Position numbers and translations under genes: made by a program
Shown here: positions 1-7,696 of the stretch, piece after piece
Position numbering within the stretch: position 1 is the first letter of the stretch
How the letters are laid out: each line of letters begins with the position of its first letter
Notes under the pieces: model-generated
What the model saw: only the letters and a program-made list of their open reading frames with translations
The model's database searches: none
What the model was told of the DNA's origin: nothing
Assembly (NCBI GenBank): GCA_043797975.1
Contig: JAZDPC010000039.1
Coordinates: 25,659-89,658 of the forward strand
Length of the DNA stretch: 64,000 nucleotides
Direction: 5' to 3'
Source of the DNA: Bacteroidota bacterium
Lineage (GTDB): Bacteria; Bacteroidota; Bacteroidia; Bacteroidales; UBA12481

Positions 1-491
1 TTCACCGTTTAGGATATCAGTATGACAACAAGCAACTGGATGATTTATACGCCCGGTTCCTGGTCATGGCTGACAAAAGGAAAAATGTCAACGATGCCGA
101 TCTTCTGGCTTTAACTGGCGGCGATCAATCGGGCAACTACCGTGTGTCGCTTAAATTGCTGCAGGTTCTTGCCGGCATGTCGACGGTTCCCATGGCCACA
201 GTACACCTTATGATCGACGGAGTGGAAAAGATGGCCACGGCCGAAGGCAACGGAGCTTTTGATGCTGCATTCAAAGCAGTGGCCAGGCTGATCTCCGAAC
301 CGTTTGAACTGGACGAATTCCTGATTCAGGCCATAACCCGCGGAAGTGACGACGTGGGCAAGGTGCATGTCAGGATCAAGGGCCGGAATCATATTTTTTA
401 TGGCTTCGCAGCAGATACCGATATTGTCACTGCATCAGTCAGGGCACTGACTGACGCTCTTAATAAAATGATAACATCCAATGCCGGGTAA
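1..491 (+). CDS. leuA: 2-isopropylmalate synthase, C-terminal fragment (5' end lies outside the window)
   Basis: Frame 3 is open from nt 3 to TAA at 489-491. The translated tail ([11 protein letters not shown]...[36 protein letters not shown]) looks like the LeuA allosteric/dimerisation domain. It overlaps leuC by 11 nt and heads a leuCDB run. Confidence 0.75.
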   Translation, partial: HRLGYQYDNKQLDDLYARFLVMADKRKNVNDADLLALTGGDQSGNYRVSLKLLQVLAGMSTVPMATVHLMIDGVEKMATAEGNGAFDAAFKAVARLISEPFELDEFLIQAITRGSDDVGKVHVRIKGRNHIFYGFAADTDIVTASVRALTDALNKMITSNAG

Positions 492-1866
492 GAGTCTCAT
501 TGAAAAACTCTGGGATCGTCACGAGGTGAAAATCCTGGACGACGGCTCATCAGTCATTTATATTGACCGCCACTATATCCATGAAGTAACCAGTCCGCAG
601 GCTTTCGCAGGACTGGAAAAGCGAAACATTCCCTTCTTCCGCCCCGGTCGTGCTGTTGCCACCATGGATCATAACGTGCCGACGGTCAGGCAGGATCAGC
701 CGCCAACCGGGTGCGAATCAGCCCTTCAGCTGGCCCGGTTAGAGGAGAATTGCAGAAAACACGGTATTGCGCTATATGGACTGGGACATCCCTGGAACGG
801 TATCGTTCATGTGATCGGTCCTGAACTCGGACTTACACAACCGGGAATGACCATTGTCTGTGGCGACAGCCATACAGCAACTCACGGGGCTTTCGGAACC
901 CTGGCTTTTGGGATCGGGACCTCCGAAGTGGAAATGGTAATGGCATCTCAGTGTCTCATCCAGCGTCGCCCTAAAACCTTCCGGATAACCGTTGCAGGAC
1001 AGCTTCAGGCCGGAGTTACTCCCAAGGACCTGATACTGTTCCTGATCTCACGGCTTGGCACTGCGGCAGGAACGGGCTATTTTATTGAGTTCGCAGGTGA
1101 AACCTTTCGTACCATGAGCATGGAAGGCCGGATGACCGTTTGCAACATGGCTATCGAAATGGGTGCCCGTGGCGGATTGGTTGCACCGGATGAAATAACC
1201 TTCAATTATCTGAAAGGGAAAGAATATGCCCCGAAAGGTAATGACTGGCAATCATCAGTAAAATACTGGGAAACTTTATTCTCCGATGAGGATGCCTGGT
1301 TTGATAAAGAGGTTTCTTTCAATGCCTCCTACATCAGTCCGATGATCACCTGGGGGACTAATCCCGGCGAGGGAATGCCGGTTGATGGAATAATCCCGGA
1401 TGATGATTCCAAAGCATTGAAATACATGGGATTAAAGTGCGGAACTGAATTGCTTGGAACTCCGATCGACTATATTTTTGTGGGAAGCTGTACTAATGGC
1501 CGGATCGAAGATTTCAGAGAATTCGCCCGTGCAGTCAAGGGCTGGCGAAAAGCACCGGGGATTACCGCCTGGATTGTTCCGGGCTCCAAACAGGTGGAAA
1601 AGCAGGCACGGGAAGAAGGATTGGAACAGATCCTGCAGGATGCCGGTTTTAAAATGAGGCAACCGGGTTGTTCGGCTTGTCTGGCAATGAATGATGAAAA
1701 GGTTCCGGCCGGCAAGTATTGTATTTCAACTTCCAACCGGAATTTTGAAGGCCGCCAGGGACAGGGTGCCCGCACCTTTCTGGCCAGTCCCCTCACTGCT
1801 GCTGCCGCAGCGGTAACAGGAAAGGTAACAGATCCGCGGGAACTATTAGTGACTAGTGACCAGTGA
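481..1866 (+). CDS. leuC: 3-isopropylmalate dehydratase large subunit
   Basis: 461 aa with aconitase-family motifs ([20 protein letters not shown]). Operon context is leuA and leuD. Confidence 0.95.
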   Translation: MPGKSLIEKLWDRHEVKILDDGSSVIYIDRHYIHEVTSPQAFAGLEKRNIPFFRPGRAVATMDHNVPTVRQDQPPTGCESALQLARLEENCRKHGIALYGLGHPWNGIVHVIGPELGLTQPGMTIVCGDSHTATHGAFGTLAFGIGTSEVEMVMASQCLIQRRPKTFRITVAGQLQAGVTPKDLILFLISRLGTAAGTGYFIEFAGETFRTMSMEGRMTVCNMAIEMGARGGLVAPDEITFNYLKGKEYAPKGNDWQSSVKYWETLFSDEDAWFDKEVSFNASYISPMITWGTNPGEGMPVDGIIPDDDSKALKYMGLKCGTELLGTPIDYIFVGSCTNGRIEDFREFARAVKGWRKAPGITAWIVPGSKQVEKQAREEGLEQILQDAGFKMRQPGCSACLAMNDEKVPAGKYCISTSNRNFEGRQGQGARTFLASPLTAAAAAVTGKVTDPRELLVTSDQ

Positions 1867-1971
1867 TCAGTGACTGGTAAAACCAGACGCGTGACGCGTC
1901 ATCCGAAAGCCCGCAAGCCCGTAAGCCCGTATGTCCGAATGCCCATTAACATCGTAAATCGTAAATCAGAC
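1847..1971. repeat. Composite micro-tandem-repeat spacer (7-mer, 7-mer, 8-mer and 7-mer arrays) between leuC and leuD
   Basis: TAGTGAC/TAGTGAC/CAGTGAT/CAGTGAC at 1847-1874. GACGCGT x2 at 1886-1899. AAGCCCGC/AAGCCCGT/AAGCCCGT/ATGTCCGA/ATGCCCAT at 1907-1946. ATCGTAA/ATCGTAA/ATCAGAC at 1951-1971, directly before the leuD ATG. Confidence 0.9.
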
Positions 1972-2595
1972 ATGTCTTTCGAACCCATCAAGATCATTAC
2001 CGGCCGAGTGGTTGCTCTGCCGGTCGAGAATATCGACACAGACCGCATTATTCCTGCCCGGTTTCTTAAAGCAATTGATTCAGAAGGCTTTGGAAACAAC
2101 CTTTTCTTTGATTGGCGTTATCTTCCCGATGGCAGCCAAAATCCGGATTTTGTTCTGAACAAACCGGAAGGTCAGGGAATAATCCTGCTGGCAGGCAAGA
2201 ACTTCGGTTGTGGCTCATCACGTGAACATGCAGCCTGGGCTCTATATCAGTATGGATTCAGGGTAATCATCTCGTCCGGCTTTGCCGACATTTTCCGCAA
2301 CAACGCCCTCAACAACGGTCTCCTTCCGATCGAAGTTTCCGAACAGCAATTATCTGAGATACTTGCTTTTCATTTGGAGCACCCGGAGGAAGAATGGAGC
2401 ATCAATTTACAGGATCAGACTTTATCGCTGTCCGAACCTTTCTCCTTTCTCCTTTCTCCTTTCTCCTTTTCCATCCATCCTTTTCGTAAAAGGTGTCTTC
2501 TCGAAGGCCTCGACCTGATCGATTATCTGTATGCAATGAAACCGGAGATCATCGGTTTTGAACAAATACTTGAATCAACGAAAATCCTGTCATGA
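1972..2595 (+). CDS. leuD: 3-isopropylmalate dehydratase small subunit
   Basis: MSFEPIKIITGRVVALPVENIDTDRIIPARFLK is a typical LeuD N-terminus, with GCGSSREHA also present. The ORF-track start at 1870 (GTG) only reads through the repeat spacer. The ATG at 1972 fits family length (207 aa). Confidence 0.9.
   Translation: MSFEPIKIITGRVVALPVENIDTDRIIPARFLKAIDSEGFGNNLFFDWRYLPDGSQNPDFVLNKPEGQGIILLAGKNFGCGSSREHAAWALYQYGFRVIISSGFADIFRNNALNNGLLPIEVSEQQLSEILAFHLEHPEEEWSINLQDQTLSLSEPFSFLLSPFSFSIHPFRKRCLLEGLDLIDYLYAMKPEIIGFEQILESTKILS
2437..2471. repeat. CCTTTCT heptamer tandem array (4 perfect copies plus 1 degenerate) inside the leuD coding sequence
   Basis: CCTTTCT at 2437-2443, 2444-2450, 2451-2457 and 2458-2464, then CCTTTTC at 2465-2471. 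It encodes the 7-aa periodic peptide PFSFLLS PFSFSIH. Confidence 0.9.
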
Positions 2596-3674
2596 ATTAT
2601 AGAATAACTGTTTTGCCCGGCGACGGAATCGGACCTGAAATATGCCATGAAGCGATCAGCTCTCTGAATGCGGTGGGTATGAAATTCGGTCACAATTTCC
2701 TGTATCAGTTCGGAGTCATCGGTGGAGCTGCTATCCGTGAAACCGGAAATCCCTATCCTGATGAAACCCATCAGAAATGCCTGAATTGCGATGCCATCCT
2801 GTTTGGGGCTATTGGAGATCCCTTGTATGATAACAATCCCGGCGCGAAGATCAGGCCTGAGCAGGGGCTTCTGGCCATGCGCAAAAACCTTGGCTTGTAT
2901 GCCAATATCCGTCCGGTCAAGGTCTGGCCTGATCTCCTTCACATGTCGCCCATCAAGGAGGACCGGGTATCCGGAGCTGATCTGGTGGTGGTCCGCGAAC
3001 TGACCGGCGGGCTTTATTTCGGTGAGCCCCGCGGAATGCGCGAGAACGGGCGTGTTGCCGTAGATACCTGTCTGTACTCGGTTGAGGAAATTGAAAGGAT
3101 CACCCATGTTGCTTTCAGGATGGCCGGGCAGCGCAGGAAAAAAGTCACATTGGTCGATAAAGCCAATGTTCTTGAAACCTCCCGTCTTTGGCGCCGGGTA
3201 GTCGCACCCATTGCAGCGGAATATCCGGATATTGAACTGGATTATATGTTTGTTGATAATGCTTCGATGCAACTTATTATCAATCCTAAAAGGTTTGATG
3301 TCATCCTGACCGAGAACCTGTTCGGTGATATTTTATCTGATGAGGCCAGTGTAATCAGTGGATCAATCGGATTACTACCCTCGGCTTCCATCGGTGGTCA
3401 GGTGCCCCTGTTTGAACCCATCCATGGATCTTATCCGGATGGTGCCGGAAAAAATGTTGCCAATCCACTGGCCACAATCCTATCGGCTGCCATGCTGCTT
3501 CGGATGGGTCTGAATCTTCCGGAGGAAGCGGATGCTATCGAGAAAGCCGTTGAGGAAACGATCCGGGCAAAGGTGCTGACCCGGGATCTCAACCGCGAGA
3601 ATCCGGCTAAGACCAGTGAGGTAGGGGAGTATGTCGCGAAAGCCATTGAAAGCTCGGCAAAGCCTCGCGAATAG
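2592..3674 (+). CDS. leuB: 3-isopropylmalate dehydrogenase
   Basis: 360 aa with isocitrate/isopropylmalate dehydrogenase motifs (VLPGDGIGPE, NLFGDILSDEAS). ATGA start/stop overlap with leuD. Confidence 0.95.
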   Translation: MNYRITVLPGDGIGPEICHEAISSLNAVGMKFGHNFLYQFGVIGGAAIRETGNPYPDETHQKCLNCDAILFGAIGDPLYDNNPGAKIRPEQGLLAMRKNLGLYANIRPVKVWPDLLHMSPIKEDRVSGADLVVVRELTGGLYFGEPRGMRENGRVAVDTCLYSVEEIERITHVAFRMAGQRRKKVTLVDKANVLETSRLWRRVVAPIAAEYPDIELDYMFVDNASMQLIINPKRFDVILTENLFGDILSDEASVISGSIGLLPSASIGGQVPLFEPIHGSYPDGAGKNVANPLATILSAAMLLRMGLNLPEEADAIEKAVEETIRAKVLTRDLNRENPAKTSEVGEYVAKAIESSAKPRE

Positions 3675-3719
3675 TTCGGCTACGCCTCACAAATAACTCG
3701 GCTTTGCCTCGTGAATGAG
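3654..3719. repeat. 22-bp tandem repeat x3 straddling the leuB stop codon
   Basis: The units are TCGGC AAA GCCTC GCG AAT AGT, TCGGC TAC GCCTC ACA AAT AAC and TCGGC TTT GCCTC GTG AAT GAG. The blocks are conserved and the triplets between them vary. A degenerate fourth unit follows (GGCCTTCGGCCTGAAAT). Confidence 0.8.
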
Positions 3720-3808
3720 GCCTTCGGCCTGAAATATTTATCGTGAGTCGCTGCCGAATTTTTTATTTCCTATTTTTACCCTTAATCCCGATAAAAACTC
3801 TTGCTGCC

Positions 3809-5344
3809 ATGAAACCTGTCTGCCTCCTTTTTGTTTCTGCCTTCCTCCTGGTCTCCTGCCGCGAGGATAAACCCAAAAGCAATTACGTTAGAATCGATCC
3901 TGCCGACACGCCGGAACAGATTGTCACAAAGGCATCGGAAATTGCTCCTTCGAAGCGGCAACTAGCCTGGCAGGATCTGGAATTTACCGCATTTGTTCAT
4001 TTCGGTATGAACACGTTCACCAACAGGGAATGGGGTGAGGGTACCGAGGATCCGGCATGGTTCAATCCCACTGCATTTGATGCGTGGCAATGGGTAAAGA
4101 CAGCTCAGTCAGCAGGTATGAAAATGATCATTGTCACTGCCAAACATCATGATGGATTCTGTTTATGGCCATCAGCCTATACGAGTCATTCAGTCAAATC
4201 ATCGCCCTGGAAAAAAGGCCATGGAGATATAGTCGGAGAGGTTGCTGAAGCTTGTCATGAAGGAGGTATTAAATTCGGGATTTACTTATCACCCTGGGAC
4301 CGGCATGAACAATCATACGGGACCGATCAGTACAACGACCATTTTGTCAATCAGCTGACGGAATTGCTTACCAATTACGGGCGCGTTGATGAAGTCTGGT
4401 TCGACGGAGCCTGCGGGGAAGGGCCGAACGGCAAAAGGCAGATTTACGACTGGCTGCGTTATTATACCCTGATCAGGAAACTCCAGCCTGAAGCTACCAT
4501 TGCTGTTATGGGTCCTGATGTTCGCTGGGTGGGCACTGAATCTGGCTATGGAAGGTCAACCGAGTGGTCGGTGATACCTTATGGGAAAATCAATGCGAAA
4601 GAGATTGCAGCTAAATCTCAACAGGCTCCGGTTAACGGAATTTTCATTCCGGCAGGCGATATGATGGAACAGGATCTGGGCAGCCGCAATAAGATCGTTC
4701 AGGCTCCTGCCCTCATCTGGTACCCGTCTGAAGTGGATGTCTCCATCCGGCCGGGATGGTTTTATCATCCGGAGCAGGACGGGCAGGTTAAAACTCCCGG
4801 GAAGCTCCTTGATATCTGGTTCGCTTCAGTTGGACAAAACTCCCTGCTGCTCCTGAATGTCCCTCCCGACAAAAGAGGCCTGATCCATGAGAATGATGTA
4901 GCTGCTCTTGTGAGATTCAAACAAATAAGGGATTCTGTTTTTAATGATAACCTGGCTGGCGATGCAAGGGTTACAGCTTCGTCAACAGCCCGGGGATTTA
5001 AAGCGGGGGATGTCCTGACTGCCGGCCGCGAAAATTTCTGGATGCCAAAAAAGGACGAAACAGTTTCATGGCTCGAATTCGGACTATCCGGAGAAAAGAC
5101 ATTTGACTGTTTGCAAATCCGGGAAAATATTGAATTTGGACAACGGATCGAACAGTTTTCGCTGGAAATCTGGAAGGACAATCAATGGAGTGAAGTTGTC
5201 AATGCCACCACTGTAGGGGCCTGCCGACTGCTCCGTTTTCCACAGGTTACAGCATCCAGGGCAAGATTGCGGATCATCAAATCGCGCAATACCCCATCAA
5301 TCAGCTATATAGGCTTGCATAAGCAGTTGAGTGGCCGGCTCTAG
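3809..5344 (+). CDS. alpha-L-fucosidase (GH29) with a C-terminal F5/8 type C (discoidin-like) domain; lipoprotein signal
   Basis: GH29 hallmark KHHDGFCLWPS. N-terminus MKPVCLLFVSAFLLVSCRED has a lipobox. The C-terminal ~130 aa look like a carbohydrate-binding beta-sandwich. ATG at 3809 is preferred over the GTG at 3743. Confidence 0.85.
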   Translation: MKPVCLLFVSAFLLVSCREDKPKSNYVRIDPADTPEQIVTKASEIAPSKRQLAWQDLEFTAFVHFGMNTFTNREWGEGTEDPAWFNPTAFDAWQWVKTAQSAGMKMIIVTAKHHDGFCLWPSAYTSHSVKSSPWKKGHGDIVGEVAEACHEGGIKFGIYLSPWDRHEQSYGTDQYNDHFVNQLTELLTNYGRVDEVWFDGACGEGPNGKRQIYDWLRYYTLIRKLQPEATIAVMGPDVRWVGTESGYGRSTEWSVIPYGKINAKEIAAKSQQAPVNGIFIPAGDMMEQDLGSRNKIVQAPALIWYPSEVDVSIRPGWFYHPEQDGQVKTPGKLLDIWFASVGQNSLLLLNVPPDKRGLIHENDVAALVRFKQIRDSVFNDNLAGDARVTASSTARGFKAGDVLTAGRENFWMPKKDETVSWLEFGLSGEKTFDCLQIRENIEFGQRIEQFSLEIWKDNQWSEVVNATTVGACRLLRFPQVTASRARLRIIKSRNTPSISYIGLHKQLSGRL

Positions 5345-5709
5345 AAAACTTTAGGGAGAAATATTATCAAACCCACCGCTGCAGCAACAATAGCAGTGAC
5401 TAAAACAGCAGCAGCACCAAGGTCCTTGATCTTTCCGATCACCGGGTCATAATCAGGCGATACCTTGTCACTGACCCGCTCGATGACCGTATTGAAAATC
5501 TCTGCGGAAATAACAATCCCGATCGACAGGCAGATTAACGCCCATTCGGTCACCGATAAATGAAAAATAATGCACAGGGGTATGACTACTGCAATAACCC
5601 CGAGATAAACCCAGGAATTATGCTCTTCCCGGAATAGCAATCCCAATCCCCGGAATGCATATTTAAAACTCACGAGCCTGGCCTTAAAGGAGAATTTCTT
5701 GGCTGCCAT
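5341..5709 (-). CDS. dgkA: diacylglycerol kinase / undecaprenol kinase family membrane protein
   Basis: 122 aa with three predicted TM segments. The conserved SAEIFNTVIE and KDLGAAAV motifs are typical of the prokaryotic DAGK family. Confidence 0.75.
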   Translation of the reverse strand: MAAKKFSFKARLVSFKYAFRGLGLLFREEHNSWVYLGVIAVVIPLCIIFHLSVTEWALICLSIGIVISAEIFNTVIERVSDKVSPDYDPVIGKIKDLGAAAVLVTAIVAAAVGLIIFLPKVF

Positions 5710-5721
5710 TGTATTTTGAGG

Positions 5722-7578
5722 TTAAGCCTTGACAGACGATTGAGTGCAAGGTAAGGTAAAATGGAAAGAAGAGCCTTCACCTTTCTTGCTTTCTGCCCAA
5801 ATTCTTCCATTGTGGTATTTGATGAATAAGCCACAAATTTTCAGGCCCAGGCCCGTACCTGTTTCATTATGCGTTCCTTTGGAGGAATAATGGTCTCTCC
5901 TGACAAATAGCTTGTCAGCAGCTTCCTGGTCCATACCGGTCCCCTGATCGGTAACAGTTACGACGACTTCGGATCCTGTGAGAGATGCGGTAACGGTTAT
6001 AGTGGTGTTTACAAGACTGAATTTAATGGCATTGGAGACAAGATTCCGGATGATTGATCGCAGCATGTTGGAATCCGCCATAACAAGAATATCCTCCGGA
6101 ATCCGGTTCTCCAGCTTTTGGCTTTTACTCAACAGCAAGTCTTCATACAAGTGAACGATATCGGTTACCTGATGCCTGAGATTAAACTCCTTGGGTGAGA
6201 AGGAGATCCTATCGCTCTCCACTCTTGACCAATCCAGCAGGTTATCAAGAAGTTCCCTGACTTTTCCTATCGAATTGGAGAGCGCAATTATTCTGCGTTT
6301 CTGTTCAGGTTGATCCGTGCCGTCTGTTTCTTCGTTCATTACACTGACCAAACCGGCCATACCCGAAATGGGATTTTTAAGGTCATGCGCAATCAGTGAA
6401 AAAAACGTGTCACGTGTCTCGTTCATGCGGGCTGTCATCCGATAATTCTGATAAAACAGCACACTTAATCCGGCCAAGGCCAGGAGTGCCACAATCAGGA
6501 ATAAAATAGTCATTCGCTGCCGGTTCGATTCCTTCAGCCGTTGAATCTCTTGTTCCTGAAGAGTTTTATCTGCTGCGATTTGCTCCATCCTGAACAAGTA
6601 GTTCTGTTCCTGTTCAGTCAGGCTGGTGGAATCCTTAATCCGGTCCATGTTGTCCCTCAGTGATATGACTTCACCCAGTTTTTCATAAGCTTTCTGATAT
6701 TCACCTTTCTGCTTATACATTGCGGCAACTTGGGTAAGGTTATCGTTGATGGTCTGGAAGGCATTGGCTTTCCTGCTATATTCTGTAGAAAGATTCAGAT
6801 AACGGATGGCTAAATCAGGATGGCGGTTGACAATCATAACACCCATATGCTGGTATCTGAGGGCTATTTGGTAGGGGTCTCCTGATTTCTCAGCCATGTC
6901 AAGGGCAAGATCCAGATAACGACGGGTTTCCTTCTCGTTGTTTTGAGCACCGTAGACCATAGCTATATTGTCGTATACCATCGATAGTCCGCCCCAATTT
7001 TGGTGAAGGCTATCATATTCAGCTATCTTTTTGTAATTGGTTACGGCGGAATCCAATTGCTGCCGTATGACGAAAATATTAGTAATGTTGTTGTAGAATT
7101 TCATCAGCATTACGGAATCCCCATCACATTTTTTCAATCCGTCCTGATATTGAGCCAGGGCCTTGTCATAATCCCCGAGTGCATAACTGATATTAGCCAG
7201 GCCATTCTGTGCATGCAGGATACCCTTGGTGTAATTCTGAGATTCGGCTTCAACACGAAGGTCGGTGAACACCTTGGCAGACTGTGATAAATTCCCGCTT
7301 TTCCAGTAGATAGTTCCTAAATACCAGTATAATTCCGATTCCGAGACAATGTCCTTCCTTAATGTAGCTTTCTCAATCGCAAGCGGCACGTAAAGCCTGA
7401 TCATGAATTCCTGGCCAGTCTGAAAAACTGTCCCACATAATGTCAGTGAAGTGCTGACATAACTGGAATCGCTCAGCGTGCCCGAGTCAAGCTGTTTACA
7501 TAGTTCTTCAACCCGGGTTTGTGCAAAAAGACTCAGATTTCCGGCAAGCAGAATCAAAGACAGGATAAATCGGAACAT
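5722..7578 (-). CDS. TPR-repeat sensor histidine kinase (orphan, no adjacent response regulator)
   Basis: N-terminal signal and TPR-like repeats, one TM segment, HisKA H-box (FFSLIAHDLKNP) and HATPase_c (GTGLGLKICGLF). The ATG at 7576-7578 gives MFRFILSLILL. Confidence 0.85.
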   Translation of the reverse strand: MFRFILSLILLAGNLSLFAQTRVEELCKQLDSGTLSDSSYVSTSLTLCGTVFQTGQEFMIRLYVPLAIEKATLRKDIVSESELYWYLGTIYWKSGNLSQSAKVFTDLRVEAESQNYTKGILHAQNGLANISYALGDYDKALAQYQDGLKKCDGDSVMLMKFYNNITNIFVIRQQLDSAVTNYKKIAEYDSLHQNWGGLSMVYDNIAMVYGAQNNEKETRRYLDLALDMAEKSGDPYQIALRYQHMGVMIVNRHPDLAIRYLNLSTEYSRKANAFQTINDNLTQVAAMYKQKGEYQKAYEKLGEVISLRDNMDRIKDSTSLTEQEQNYLFRMEQIAADKTLQEQEIQRLKESNRQRMTILFLIVALLALAGLSVLFYQNYRMTARMNETRDTFFSLIAHDLKNPISGMAGLVSVMNEETDGTDQPEQKRRIIALSNSIGKVRELLDNLLDWSRVESDRISFSPKEFNLRHQVTDIVHLYEDLLLSKSQKLENRIPEDILVMADSNMLRSIIRNLVSNAIKFSLVNTTITVTASLTGSEVVVTVTDQGTGMDQEAADKLFVRRDHYSSKGTHNETGTGLGLKICGLFIKYHNGRIWAESKKGEGSSFHFTLPCTQSSVKA

Positions 7579-7696
7579 ATAAAGCCTAGTTCGATCGTTC
7601 GAAGATAGACAACCCAATTAAACCTTAAAAGAACTATTTGACGAACATCAGTTTAAACTTGCCCAGAGTTAAAACTCATCCTGATCCGGCAGAGGG

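Noticed and set aside
1870-1971. N-terminal extension of LeuD from the GTG at 1870 (MTGKTRRVTRHPKARKPVSPYVRMPINIVNRKSD).
   Set aside because: The extension is simply the translation of the tandem-repeat spacer. The LeuD family N-terminus aligns with the ATG at 1972.
1847-1971. Whether the short repeat arrays here, and at 23132-23185, 52052-52137 and 60299-60347, could be CRISPR arrays.
   Set aside because: The units are 7-9 bp and directly abutting with no spacers, and no cas genes are present. They are micro- or minisatellite-type tandem repeats.
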